Positions 1 through 11,325 of a stretch of 32,000 nucleotides of DNA are shown here, one piece after another. The translations under genes were made by a program, and so were the position numbers. The notes beneath the pieces are model-generated. The model was given only the letters and a program-made list of their open reading frames with translations. It had not been told where the DNA came from and ran no database searches. Position 1 is the stretch's first letter. Each line of letters starts with the position of its first letter. The DNA is from Candidatus Hadarchaeota archaeon (GTDB taxonomy: Archaea > Hadarchaeota > Hadarchaeia > Hadarchaeales > Hadarchaeaceae), in NCBI GenBank assembly GCA_964514965.1, contig CAZETV010000001.1, positions 270,001 through 302,000 of the forward strand, read 5' to 3'.

Positions 1-1
1 G

Positions 2-190
2 TTTGTGGGACAACTTCTGTGGCAACATGCTCTGAGAATCGAAGAAGCGAGCGCACTCTCCCCTGTGGTTGGATCCGTGGCACCGCTTGCCTTCCTCTTC
101 AGCATATTATTCTTGGGGGAGAGACCCACCAAAAGAGCGATTCTAGGGATGGTCATCATGTTTACAGGAATATTATTAATCACTGTATAG
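2..190 (+). CDS. EamA/DMT-family transporter, C-terminal fragment (gene begins upstream of the window)
   Basis: The frame is open from the window edge to TAG at 188-190. The tail SPVVGSVAPLAFLFSILFLGERPTKRAILGMVIMFTGILLITV looks like the last TM helices of an EamA domain. Confidence 0.55.
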   Translation, partial: FVGQLLWQHALRIEEASALSPVVGSVAPLAFLFSILFLGERPTKRAILGMVIMFTGILLITV

Positions 191-311
191 GTTCAACTCA
201 GTCCAGCAAATCTGGTACAAAGAGTCATTGTACAGTTTAGTACGAAAATTTAATCGCGACACTAAACCCCACGTTATATTTTTAATTAACAAGAATTTAG
301 TGTTCCAAGCC

Positions 312-1640
312 CTACTTCTTGAACTGCGGCATGTATTCGGCGTGAGCTTTCAAAAGTTCATCCATCATGGCCTTTGCAGCGTTCATATCGTGGACGTATG
401 GACACGCGATGAGCGCCTGGTACAGCACGTTCTTGTCGCCGCTCAGCGCAGCGTCCACGGTCAGCTCCTGCCAGTTTAGGATGTGCTGTGCCAACCCCAA
501 GAAAGGCTTGGGCAATTCTCCCATAGCTATAGGTGTCAATCCACGCTTGTTCACTGTACAGGGGCCTTCTACTATAGAATCGTTGGGGAGATTCGTGATA
601 ATCCCCTTGTTCGGGAAATTGATGCCTCCCCACTCCCTTCCATCGTCAGCGGATATGCTAACCAGTATGCCTATGGCTTGTCTTGAATGGTACAACTCGA
701 AACAATATTCGGATGGGTGTTGGTCGTATTTGGCCCCACCCAATAATTCCTCAACGAACTTCCAACGTGATTCGGACCACCCCAGTAGCGACCCCTCAAC
801 GGGAGGCCTTCCTTTTCTTTCCTTGAAAATCTCGTTGTAGTCCCAATACACGCGGTCGTGAGATGAGCATGCATTCAAGTATCCAAATGCTTCGAAGAGT
901 TTCATCGAAAAATCCAAGAACTGATCGTGGGGCCTCTCCCCCGTATATTTCCTGAGCCGTTCTTTCAGTAGGGGGTAGCCATCTTTTCCGTTGACCTGTA
1001 AATCCACTAGCCAGCTCAAGTGATTTACCCCTATGGCGCGCGGTCTTAGATCCTCACTAACACAGTAACGCCTTGAGAATGGAGGCATGTTGAGCACTCT
1101 CGGCAAGAGTGTCATGGATAACCCTGCGAAGCAGTCACATATCGAGATAAACCTGACATCAGTTTCCCGCCGAACTGCGTCGGCTATGAGATTTGCAGGG
1201 TTTATATAACTGATGACACTAGCTTCAGGGCACAAATCCTCTACCATCCTGCAGTATTCGAGAGTAGCTGGAATGGTACATTGAGCCATGAATGTTCCAC
1301 CCGGTCCGGAAGTTTCATCACCGCATATGCCGTGCTTTGTTGGGATTTCGATATCGTACTTCATGTGTTGTAACCCACCAACCCTATAACCAAGCAAAAC
1401 AAATGTCGCGCTTTCAAGTGCCTCTTTGGGGTCGGTTGTTGAACTGAACTTTATGTCCGCCCCATTCCTCTTGGATAATTCCGCTCCAAGTTTGGTCAAT
1501 TTGGGTAGGCGGCTTGAATCTATGTCCATCAAGCATACCTCACTTCCGTTGAGGGTTTCCTTGTTCTCCAGAATTGTATAAATCAAGGATGGAACGAAAG
1601 GACTTCCGCCTCCGAGAAGAACTATCTTCTCATCTGACAT
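312..1640 (-). CDS. Glycoside hydrolase family 4 (NAD/Mn-dependent glucosidase or 6-phospho-glucosidase type)
   Basis: Has the N-terminal Rossmann motif KIVLLGGGSPFVPS, then LMDID, YRVGG, CGDETSGPGG and YINPAN, the typical GH4 pattern. I moved the start to ATG 1640 (MSDEK...), which has AGAGGT 7 nt upstream. The track ORF extends to 1676. Confidence 0.8.
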   Translation of the reverse strand: MSDEKIVLLGGGSPFVPSLIYTILENKETLNGSEVCLMDIDSSRLPKLTKLGAELSKRNGADIKFSSTTDPKEALESATFVLLGYRVGGLQHMKYDIEIPTKHGICGDETSGPGGTFMAQCTIPATLEYCRMVEDLCPEASVISYINPANLIADAVRRETDVRFISICDCFAGLSMTLLPRVLNMPPFSRRYCVSEDLRPRAIGVNHLSWLVDLQVNGKDGYPLLKERLRKYTGERPHDQFLDFSMKLFEAFGYLNACSSHDRVYWDYNEIFKERKGRPPVEGSLLGWSESRWKFVEELLGGAKYDQHPSEYCFELYHSRQAIGILVSISADDGREWGGINFPNKGIITNLPNDSIVEGPCTVNKRGLTPIAMGELPKPFLGLAQHILNWQELTVDAALSGDKNVLYQALIACPYVHDMNAAKAMMDELLKAHAEYMPQFKK

Positions 1641-2056
1641 TTTTTGAACCTCTTTTAATCGTTGATTTTTAATCATTTAAAAGTGATGTTGCAAGCTTAG
1701 CTTTGCACAATGATTAGTTTTCTGCACAAAATTGATCAAGGCCGCGGAAGATTCTTTAACGCCTCAGCCCAAAATATTACCTCGTTAAACCATGCGCTAA
1801 CACTCTCTAATGAAACTTAAATTTCAATTTTCATGACTTTTTGATAAAACGCAGGAACCCTTAATATTTTCCTTGATGCTCAAGCCGCGTGGTATTTGCA
1901 ATATCGGCTGCATACTTTGGATGATTTCTATAAGTTCGTCCATGGAGACCCCGCCACCGACTATATCGTTGAAATTGGAGCGATATCCTAATTACCCACC
2001 TTATTGATAGCTGGTTTCTAAATGGTCTCAATTTCCGTGATATTTTTAGGATGTAA

Positions 2057-3412
<1,356 letters not shown>

Positions 3413-3540
3413 TTCTGAAGTAAAATAAAGCACAAATTTTGGCGGAGGAGTACTATTATCTACCCCTATCTACTTGATAACGGTGAAAATTATATATACT
3501 ATGCTCATAAAAACGAAAATAAGAAACAGGAGCAAAAAAT

Positions 3541-4617
3541 ATGAAAGATAACGTACCACGAAAAATAAAAAATTCACTCACAAGTCCTTTTGCCAAATTC
3601 GTTTACAAGCGGATTGCATTCTATTTAATTGTGGCTTTTGTCGCAATAACCTTCACCTTTCTTTTACCTCGATTGATGCCAGGAAATCCTGTTGACCTTA
3701 TGATCAGCCACAAATCGACAAATATAGGGGGCGCGTCTCAAACCGGGAGCATGACAGTGCTTACTGATATGCGAAACACGATGATGACATACTTTGGTTT
3801 AAATAAATCATTGCTTGATCAATATGCGAGTTTTTGGGGGCAACTTTTCCACGGGGACTTAGGGACATCGTTTGGTCAGTATCCACGGTCAGTTTCGGAG
3901 CTGATTTTAATAAGATTGCCATTTACCTTGGTTCTCGTGATCCCAGCAATTTTAATCACTTTCTTTTTGGGAAATTGGATTGGATCTAAATCCGCATTTC
4001 TAAAAGGTAAGAAGAATGATTTAAGTTATTTTCTATCTGTTCTCGCCAATCAAATGCCGTTCTTCTGGCTGGCGATGATTCTTGTGGCTGTTTTTTCGGT
4101 AACGCTGAGTATTTTCCCCTCCTATGGGTGGATTACCAGAGAATTGTTGCCCACCCTTCGCTCGGGTGTTAGTCTTAACGCGTTTCTCGATATAGTCAGC
4201 CACTATATTTTGCCATTTCTTGTTCTGATAATCGTGTACACAGGCGGATGGGCCATAGGCATGAGGTCCATGACGCTTTACGAGAATAACTCTGATTACA
4301 TTCTCTACTCTGAGCGGCTGGGTTTCAGAAAAGATAAGTTAAGGTCCTACGCTCAGAGGAACGCGATTCTGCCGCAGTTTACGGGTTTGAACTTGATGTT
4401 CAATACACTTGTTGGGGCAACCCTGATCATCGAAGTCGTTTTCGGATGGCCCGGAATCGGTTATTTGCTGTACAAGGCTGTGTTAAATTTAGACTTTCCA
4501 TTAGTGATGGGGGGTTTCCTTATCACGATGCTCATAGTAATCTTTGGTAACTTCCTGATAGACATCGCGTATGGGTTAGTAGACCCGCGCATCAGAACTG
4601 GTTATCTGGGGAGATAA
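3541..4617 (+). CDS. ABC transporter permease, Opp/Dpp (OppB/DppB-like) family
   Basis: 358-aa multi-TM protein with the C-terminal DIAYGLVDPRIR motif typical of OppB/DppB permeases. First gene of a five-gene ABC operon; GGAG lies 8 nt upstream of the ATG. Confidence 0.85.
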   Translation: MKDNVPRKIKNSLTSPFAKFVYKRIAFYLIVAFVAITFTFLLPRLMPGNPVDLMISHKSTNIGGASQTGSMTVLTDMRNTMMTYFGLNKSLLDQYASFWGQLFHGDLGTSFGQYPRSVSELILIRLPFTLVLVIPAILITFFLGNWIGSKSAFLKGKKNDLSYFLSVLANQMPFFWLAMILVAVFSVTLSIFPSYGWITRELLPTLRSGVSLNAFLDIVSHYILPFLVLIIVYTGGWAIGMRSMTLYENNSDYILYSERLGFRKDKLRSYAQRNAILPQFTGLNLMFNTLVGATLIIEVVFGWPGIGYLLYKAVLNLDFPLVMGGFLITMLIVIFGNFLIDIAYGLVDPRIRTGYLGR

Positions 4618-4618
4618 A

Positions 4619-5446
4619 ATGTGGGAGCTACTCTTAAGAAATAAGAGATTTATGATATCTCTGGGCGTTATAGTCGCCATCGTACTATTCGGTATAATAG
4701 CGCCCCTAGTGTCCCGAGACCCGTTAAAAGTCTACGGCGAACCTTACCAGCCACCTTCTGGTGAGTTCATCCTAGGCACTGATTCTTTCGGGAGGGATGT
4801 GTTTGCAAATCTCAGCGTGGGCACCTGCACCTCGCTTACGATTGGTCTTTTTGCCGGAGGCATATCCGCTCTCTTGGCCGTTGTCTTTGGAGCCATAGGA
4901 CCTTACAAGCGGGGGCTAGTAGATAACGTTTGTAATTTTATAACCAATATTATGCTGGTTTTTCCAGTGATACCCCTGTTGATAATCATATCGGCGTTTC
5001 TCATGGAAAGGTCTCTGTTGCTGGTGGGTTTAATAATAGGCTTAATAAGTTGGCCTTGGGCGGCGAGGTCTATACGTTCCCAAGTTCTCAGTCTGAAGGA
5101 GAGGGAATTTGTAAGTCTGGCCAAACTGTCTGGCATAAAGGAGAGAACGATAATAATAACAGAGATTTTGCCTAATTTATTAGCTTACGTCGCAATGGTC
5201 TTTGTGTTCGCGATCGGTGGAGCTATTTTGGCTGAAGCTGGCATTAGCATGATAGGCCTGGGCCCCACTAACACCGTTTCACTGGGTACACTTCTTTATT
5301 GGGCTTTGCTGAACGAGACTTTTAGGCAGGGAATTTGGTGGATGTTCCTTCCCCCAGGAATAATCTTGACCATTCTCATGGTGGCTGCTTTTACTATGCA
5401 CTCTGGAATGGACGAGGTATTTAATCCTAGATTACGTACGAGGTGA
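4619..5446 (+). CDS. ABC transporter permease, Opp/Dpp (OppC/DppC-like) family
   Basis: 275-aa multi-TM protein with GTDSFGRDVF near the N-terminus and an EAA-loop-like SLAKLSGIKERTIITEILPN. It starts 1 nt after the upstream stop codon. Confidence 0.85.
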   Translation: MWELLLRNKRFMISLGVIVAIVLFGIIAPLVSRDPLKVYGEPYQPPSGEFILGTDSFGRDVFANLSVGTCTSLTIGLFAGGISALLAVVFGAIGPYKRGLVDNVCNFITNIMLVFPVIPLLIIISAFLMERSLLLVGLIIGLISWPWAARSIRSQVLSLKEREFVSLAKLSGIKERTIIITEILPNLLAYVAMVFVFAIGGAILAEAGISMIGLGPTNTVSLGTLLYWALLNETFRQGIWWMFLPPGIILTILMVAAFTMHSGMDEVFNPRLRTR

Positions 5447-5451
5447 TCTGA

Positions 5452-6435
5452 TTGGCTAAACGACCACTTTTGGTAATAAAAAATCTCAGAGGTTACTATA
5501 AAGGGACGTTCGGCGTCGTTCATGGTGTCGACGGAGTTTCGCTCTCAGTTAATGAAGGCGAGGTAGTGGGGCTTGCCGGTGAGTCTGGCTGTGGAAAATC
5601 AACACTTGCCGAACTAGTTTCAGGCACTCCCGGCCCGCTATTACATTATGAGGGGGGCAATATACTTGTCAATGGCTTCGATATTTACAAAATCAATCCT
5701 GAAGTTTTGAGGACGCAAATCAAATGTAAGCGCATGTCATACGTCCCCCAAGCTTCGTTAAATTCTTTGAACCCAGTTAAGAGGGTAAGAGATTTCCTCA
5801 TGGACGTTGTGAAAGAGCGCACCGGCAAAAAACCCCGTAAAGACGAGGTTTTCAAAATTGCAGGCGAACATTTAAGGAGGCTGGGGTTGGACGAACATGT
5901 CCTCAGTCTCTATCCGCATGAACTTAGCGGAGGCATGAAGCAAAGAACTGTCATAGCGATATCCACCCTTTGGAACCCAGAACTTCTCATAATAGACGAA
6001 CCGACTTCCGCTCTCGATGTAACCTCACAAAAGCACATGATACGATTACTTTTGAATTTGAAAAAAGATGAAATAATCAAGAGCATATTGTTCATTTCCC
6101 ATGACATTTCCACCTTAAGACAACTGTGCGATAGATGTATTATTATGTACGCGGGGAGGGTGGTTGAAACAGGAAAAATGGATGAAATAATAAATAATCC
6201 TCTTCACCCCTACACCCGCGGGCTTATATCCTCCATTGTTTCTTACGATATTAAAAAAAGAGGAAAGGGCGGTTTGAAAAGCATTCCCGGGGTACATCCA
6301 GATTTAAGGAACCCCCCACCCGGCTGCAGATTTCATCCCAGATGCGAGAAATGTATGGAGATGTGCAAGACTAAAGAGCCCCCTCTCCAATCGAAACGCG
6401 AGAGACAGATTTCTTGCTGGCTATACCGTAGGTGA
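5452..6435 (+). CDS. ABC transporter ATP-binding protein (OppD/DppD-like)
   Basis: Walker A GESGCGKST, signature LSGGMKQR and Walker B LLIIDEPTSALD. The C-terminal oligopeptide-type extension carries a Cys cluster (CRFHPRCEKCMEMC). TTG start. Confidence 0.9.
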   Translation: MAKRPLLVIKNLRGYYKGTFGVVHGVDGVSLSVNEGEVVGLAGESGCGKSTLAELVSGTPGPLLHYEGGNILVNGFDIYKINPEVLRTQIKCKRMSYVPQASLNSLNPVKRVRDFLMDVVKERTGKKPRKDEVFKIAGEHLRRLGLDEHVLSLYPHELSGGMKQRTVIAISTLWNPELLIIDEPTSALDVTSQKHMIRLLLNLKKDEIIKSILFISHDISTLRQLCDRCIIMYAGRVVETGKMDEIINNPLHPYTRGLISSIVSYDIKKRGKGGLKSIPGVHPDLRNPPPGCRFHPRCEKCMEMCKTKEPPLQSKRERQISCWLYRR

Positions 6436-7253
6436 AGAGAATGAGAAAGAGAAAAGTTATTCTGAAAGTTAAAAAGTTGAACAAGAATTATACTTCGGGT
6501 TACATAAGGACGACTATTATACCCGCCGTAAAAAATGTAGAGTTCGATGTTAAAAGAGGTGAGATAGTCTCCTTGGTGGGTGAAAGTGGCAGCGGCAAAA
6601 CGACCACAGCCAAGATGATTTTAGGATTAATCGAACCAACATCAGGGCACATCTTTCTCGACGGTAAAGACGCATTTTCCTACAACAAACGAAAATATTA
6701 TCGAAAAGTGCAAGCCATTGTTCAAGACCCTTACTCGGCGTATAACACATTTTACAAAATCAACCGCATTTTGGACAAGGCATTCGATCTTCGTGGTAAT
6801 ACACCCCATGAAAAAAGAAAAGAGACCATTAATGCCACATTGAGGTCTATCGGATTAAACCCTGAAGAAGTGCTGGGTAGATACCCGCACCAGCTGAGCG
6901 GGGGTCAGCTGCAGCGGTTCCTCATCGCTAGAGCTTTGATTATCGGTTCGGAGCTGCTGATATCCGATGAACCAACCAGCATGATAGATGCGTCCTCACG
7001 TGCCGGTATCTTGAATATCTTTCTCGATTTGAAAAAGAAGAGGGATTTATCGATCTTATTTATAACGCATGATATAGGGCAAGCCCAATATATCTCTGAC
7101 AGGATTATTGTGATGAAGAAAGGAGAGATTGTTGAAATGGGGTCGAGCGAAAAAGTCCTCACACATCCTTCTCACCCTTACACGAAGGAATTGTTAGCTA
7201 ATGTGCCAAAACTTTACGAAAAGTGGGATTTCAACACCGAAAAGCAAAAGTAA
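6432..7253 (+). CDS. ABC transporter ATP-binding protein (OppF/DppF-like)
   Basis: Walker A GESGSGKTT, signature LSGGQLQR and Walker B LLISDEPTSMID. The GTG start overlaps the upstream TGA (GTGA). Confidence 0.9.
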   Translation: MKRMRKRKVILKVKKLNKNYTSGYIRTTIIPAVKNVEFDVKRGEIVSLVGESGSGKTTTAKMILGLIEPTSGHIFLDGKDAFSYNKRKYYRKVQAIVQDPYSAYNTFYKINRILDKAFDLRGNTPHEKRKETINATLRSIGLNPEEVLGRYPHQLSGGQLQRFLIARALIIGSELLISDEPTSMIDASSRAGILNIFLDLKKKRDLSILFITHDIGQAQYISDRIIVMKKGEIVEMGSSEKVLTHPSHPYTKELLANVPKLYEKWDFNTEKQK

Positions 7254-7335
7254 GAAAAAAATCGCTACTTCTAATTCGTAACCTATAAATAGTATCTATT
7301 TACCATTTCAAATGTAAAAAGGAGGGAGGAAATAA

Positions 7336-9288
7336 ATGAAAAAACGACAATTAGCGATTACAGTTCCATTGATGATTTCGCTTCTATTCGCGACTTTTGC
7401 GACTTCTGTGACTCCTGTCGGTTCCAACGGGGGAGTACCGAGAGACGAGATAATATGGGCCAGCGGATACTGGTCAATACCTGGTGCTTGGGTCCCATGC
7501 ATTGCCAGCTGGGGCGAGGCCTGGGGGACGTACTTCATGTACGAGCCGTTGTTCCAGTACAACTACCAAACCGATGAACTCGTGGGCATCTTGGGAGATA
7601 ACATCAGATGGGTTGATCCGAACACTATAGAAGTAACCCTTCGAGATGGCATCCAGTGGAACGATGGCACGCCGATAACATCCGATGACGTTAAATTCAG
7701 TTACTACCTCTGCGGTGGGTTTGATGAATCCCCCGACGGAATGTATTGGCAAATTCCTAGCTTCGCGGAAAGGGTAGGGTCAGAGAACAACTTCGAAGTG
7801 GTGAGCGACCGAGTATTCCGAGTGCACATAAAAGAAGATTATCCGAACAGCAGATATGTGTGGCAAACTATTATCGGCGGAGGGGTTCTCATAACGCCAA
7901 AAGCCGTGTGGGAGAATATTGAAGAAACGTATCCAGGCTGGATTCCTTCCTTTGCCAATGATTGGCAGAGCGGGGACACCCCAGATGAATGGAAAGTCGC
8001 ATCAGGACCGTACCTGCCATACGACTGGACAGAGGACACGGAGATATTGATTAGAAACGATAATTGGTGGGGAAACGATGTATTCGGCGCACCTGCGGCC
8101 AAATACATAGGCTCTCTAAACTTCACGAGCAACTACGGAACGAATACAGCGCTGGACGAAGGGAGGATTGATTGGTACGGTGGTTTCTACCCACGGATTT
8201 GGGAAAGTCCAAATGAGGGCTTAGACACGTGGACGCACATGGAAGCGCCCTATTTCTTAGGTGGACCATCTTCCTTCGGTCTAGTGCCCAATTACGACCG
8301 CTATCCGCTGAACGAACCTTGGCTGCACCAAGCCATAGCATTCGCAATAGATTATGACTACCTCAACGAGGCATGTGCGACTGGCTACCTTACAAAATCC
8401 AACCCCACATTGCTGTGCGAGTGGTTCCCACAACTGGCCAAGTTCATAGACAACGATATCGTGGAAGAGTACGACTTTTACTATGACCCATCTAAATCTC
8501 TAGATATCCTCGAGAACTACTGCATCAAAGTCGATGGTGTTTGGTATACCAAAGATGCACCCGCTACTTGGCGCGGTGAGACCATAGAAGATGCGCTCCC
8601 CGACAACGCGGGCAGAAATGTGGCGCTCGGCCCTTGGAAGATTATGAACGTGCAAGGATGGACGGATACGATGATGGAAGCCACGGCCATCTCGAGTAAC
8701 CTCTCAGATATAGGCATAACCGCTACCTCGGACCCAATTGAATACAACACTTTCATAACCAATTTCCAAGCGATGAACTTCGACTGGCAAATCCAAACCA
8801 ACATAGGATCCTCAGAACCTTGGCCACTCAATTTCTACGGCCCAGCACTAACAGGGCAGCCCGGTAATTGGCTAAACTACGAAGGCTACGGCAATTGGCC
8901 AACTTTCACAGATTCGGAAGTTGACAACTTGCTGGCAGAACTTGACATCACCGCTGTGGGCTCCGCAAGAGAGGCAGAGATAGTGGAAAACATCGAATAC
9001 ATATATGCAAGTGAATTGCCGGTAATACCATACGCTTATTCACCAGAATGGTACGCATTCCAGACCACGTATTGGGAAAACTGGCCTGCTGAGGACAACC
9101 CGTGGTTGTACGCAACGGCTCCTTGGGAAATCGGTAAACCGGGAGCGATGCAGATGCTAGTCACCCATCTCGTGCCAGCGGGAACAACGCCAACACCAAC
9201 ACCAGCGGGAGAAATACCTTGGGTTTACATAGGCATTGGAATTGTAGTCATTGTAATAATAGCAATTTTGGCCGTGAAGAGAGTATAG
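7336..9288 (+). CDS. ABC substrate-binding protein, family 5 (Opp/Dpp-type), probably sugar/oligosaccharide-binding, with a C-terminal membrane anchor
   Basis: 650 aa. N-terminal signal-like MKKRQLAITVPLMISLLFATFATS. The body resembles SBP family 5. The C-terminus has a Thr/Pro linker TTPTPTPAG followed by a TM helix WVYIGIGIVVIVIIAILAV and KRV. GGAGGGAGG lies upstream of the ATG. Confidence 0.8.
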   Translation: MKKRQLAITVPLMISLLFATFATSVTPVGSNGGVPRDEIIWASGYWSIPGAWVPCIASWGEAWGTYFMYEPLFQYNYQTDELVGILGDNIRWVDPNTIEVTLRDGIQWNDGTPITSDDVKFSYYLCGGFDESPDGMYWQIPSFAERVGSENNFEVVSDRVFRVHIKEDYPNSRYVWQTIIGGGVLITPKAVWENIEETYPGWIPSFANDWQSGDTPDEWKVASGPYLPYDWTEDTEILIRNDNWWGNDVFGAPAAKYIGSLNFTSNYGTNTALDEGRIDWYGGFYPRIWESPNEGLDTWTHMEAPYFLGGPSSFGLVPNYDRYPLNEPWLHQAIAFAIDYDYLNEACATGYLTKSNPTLLCEWFPQLAKFIDNDIVEEYDFYYDPSKSLDILENYCIKVDGVWYTKDAPATWRGETIEDALPDNAGRNVALGPWKIMNVQGWTDTMMEATAISSNLSDIGITATSDPIEYNTFITNFQAMNFDWQIQTNIGSSEPWPLNFYGPALTGQPGNWLNYEGYGNWPTFTDSEVDNLLAELDITAVGSAREAEIVENIEYIYASELPVIPYAYSPEWYAFQTTYWENWPAEDNPWLYATAPWEIGKPGAMQMLVTHLVPAGTTPTPTPAGEIPWVYIGIGIVVIVIIAILAVKRV

Positions 9289-9298
9289 TGAAACAGCA

Positions 9299-9331
9299 GG
9301 GGGAAATGCAATTTCCCTCTTTTTATTTTTT
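9299..9331. terminator. Hairpin plus T-run between convergent genes
   Basis: GGGAAAT (9301-9307) and ATTTCCC (9311-9317) form a 7-bp stem with a 3-nt loop, followed by tctttttatttttt. It lies between the SBP stop (9288) and the stop of the minus-strand gene (9323). Confidence 0.55.
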
Positions 9332-10000
9332 ATCCATTTTTGTTAGCACTTTCCATATTCCTAAGACTAGATTAAACATTGGGACTTCCTTCTGATACCG
9401 CCTGTATGCGTCCCCCCATTTTAGCACGTTAAGTTCTTCTTCCCCTTTGACATCGTAGTAAAAACCGATGAAAAAAAGGACATTGCCGATTATCGAAAGG
9501 ACGGTGAAGGGAATCCCCCCGCTGAGGACAATCGTGACCAAAAGGAGGACCAGCGCGAACGAGATTTCTTCTGGGTGTCTCATGATTCTGTACGGGCCTT
9601 CCCTGATGAAGATCACAGTTTCGCGCCTGTCGCTGGTCCCTCCCTTCTTCTTTCTTAGACGTGATGTATACCTACCTACAGTAAAGATAGTGATGAAAAA
9701 TGCAAATATCAAAATCTTCACTATTAACGGAAAATCTATCGAAGGCAGCCGGGCGAAGGAACTTAAATCTCCCCATCCCGTTTGCTTTGCTATGAAGGAG
9801 AGGGCGCAAAGCGCGGTTCCGAGTATCGCCAAAAGAGGGAAGATTAATGGGTATTTGAATTTGTACGAGCCCCTTTCATACTGCACGTAGCGGAGTCCCC
9901 TTCTCGACACCTCATTCTTTGCCTCTTCTGGTTTGAGTTCTCCCTGTTTCACTCTCTCGGCTATGTCCTTTACCAGACCTTCCTTTTTTTCTTTCGCCAT
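9323..10000 (-). CDS. Membrane methyltransferase-like protein (isoprenylcysteine carboxyl methyltransferase / PEMT superfamily)
   Basis: 225 aa with a charged N-terminal tail and then about 4 TM helices. The motif REGPYRIMRHPEE resembles the GPYRxxRHPxY signature of the ICMT/PEMT family. Confidence 0.55.
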   Translation of the reverse strand: MAKEKKEGLVKDIAERVKQGELKPEEAKNEVSRRGLRYVQYERGSYKFKYPLIFPLLAILGTALCALSFIAKQTGWGDLSSFARLPSIDFPLIVKILIFAFFITIFTVGRYTSRLRKKKGGTSDRRETVIFIREGPYRIMRHPEEISFALVLLLVTIVLSGGIPFTVLSIIGNVLFFIGFYYDVKGEEELNVLKWGDAYRRYQKEVPMFNLVLGIWKVLTKMDKK

Positions 10001-10052
10001 CCTACATCAATCCTTCTTCTTTACCTAAGATTCAAATATAACAAATTTTCTA

Positions 10053-11260
10053 CTACCTTGTCCCACGCATAAAGATGGTTGCTATCAGAAGACTCGCAAT
10101 CACCAGAAATAAATTTGTCATGATGGGCGTGTTGAATCCGAAGTTATCGAAAAGTAAGCCGCCGATGATAGGGGCCGGAGAGGATCCCAGTGCTCTGAAA
10201 GCATATAGTCTACCCATAGCTTGACCTCTCCTCTTTGCCGGGACTTCATCTGCGAGCCAAGCGAATGTAGCCGGAACCCACGCAATGAAAGTTATTGCCC
10301 ATGGTATTTGAAGTATCAGAAAAGCCTCAAATTGATGGAAAAAAAGGTATCCGATGAGCGCAAAGCATCCCATGATTTGAGTAATTAAAAGAATAATCTT
10401 TCGCCCGTACTTGTCGATCATTTTGCCCAAGGGAATCACCAAAAGTAATGAGCTGAATGATAGGGCCGCATATAAATAGCCAATCTGCGGGACTGTAAAG
10501 CCGAACTCCTTCGTCAACATGCCATAGAAAATCGGCCATGTGGTCCACCAAGCCAGTTGATTAATCATGACGAACAGAAAAAATCCAATGAGTTTCCTTT
10601 CAGGGATAAATATAGTTTTAAATATACTTCTGATGTCGTTTTTCGTTAGAAACCTTTTGCGTTGCCCTCGATGTGTTTCCTTTAATAAAAAAATCAGAGC
10701 AAAGTTAAGAGCTCCACAAATCAGAAAAATCAGAAAAATTATCTGATACCCGAAGTATCCATGAAGTAAACCAGCAATGATCGGAGCATAGATTCCGGTG
10801 GCCTGTCCCAATCCCGTAATCAAACCCATAACGGTTCCTCTCTCCTTTTTTTCAACGGACTCTGCCAGAAGGGCATCCCAAGCTGGCTGGCTGATTGCGC
10901 TAGATGTTCCCCAGAAGATGATGGCTGGGATGAGAAGATACCATATTTTGGCCATGGCTGACGTAATGGTAAATATAGCTAAGGCGACTACTGAGAGTCC
11001 AGCGCCCATAATCAGGGGCTTTTTTCTCCTAATGCTGTCAGAAATTTTTCCAAAAATGGTTGTAAAATTGTGAGTGATAACCAGCCAAGGCTTTGTAATA
11101 CACCAAGAATGGTTACGGATGCTCCAAGAAAGAGCACAAAGGGCTGCCAAGCAACATAAAATAAATTAAGTCCTGTGTTAAATATCAAAGTCTGAATGAT
11201 TAGTATTCTTACGTTTCCCCTTATCGGCAAAAAATTCCTTAAGCTAAGCTTAAGGCTCAT
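10053..11260 (-). pseudogene. MFS transporter interrupted by a single frameshift in a homopolymer run
   Basis: The N-terminal part (ATG 11260, GGAGGT upstream, MSLKLSLRNFLPIRGNVRILIIQ...LQPF) is in one frame. The rest (FGKISDSIRRKKPL... to the stop at 10053) is in another. Adding one base in the T5 run (sense strand; plus-strand A5 at 11052-11056) restores LQPFFGKISDSIRRKKP, the canonical MFS loop 2-3 motif. Confidence 0.7.
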
Positions 11261-11325
11261 TTTCAACCTCCTCTTTTTAATGAGGTGTTTTAAATATAAA
11301 ACCAATTATTAGTAACATTTGGAGG

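Noticed and set aside
1860-1990. 39-codon minus-strand ORF (MDELIEIIQSMQPILQIPRGLSIKENIKGSCVLSKSHEN) in the 400-bp GH4/GH1 divergent region
   Set aside because: It has no SD and no recognisable fold or family. It could be a gene remnant, but nothing in the sequence supports calling it.
9468-9890. 140-aa plus-strand ORF antisense to the ICMT-like membrane protein gene
   Set aside because: The minus-strand product has coherent TM helices and the GPYRxxRHP motif. The plus-strand product looks random.
11045-11062. Programmed -1 ribosomal frameshift in the MFS gene
   Set aside because: The site (A-TTT-TTG) is not a good X-XXY-YYZ slippery heptamer, and I see no downstream stimulatory structure. 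An indel (real or technical) is the simpler explanation.
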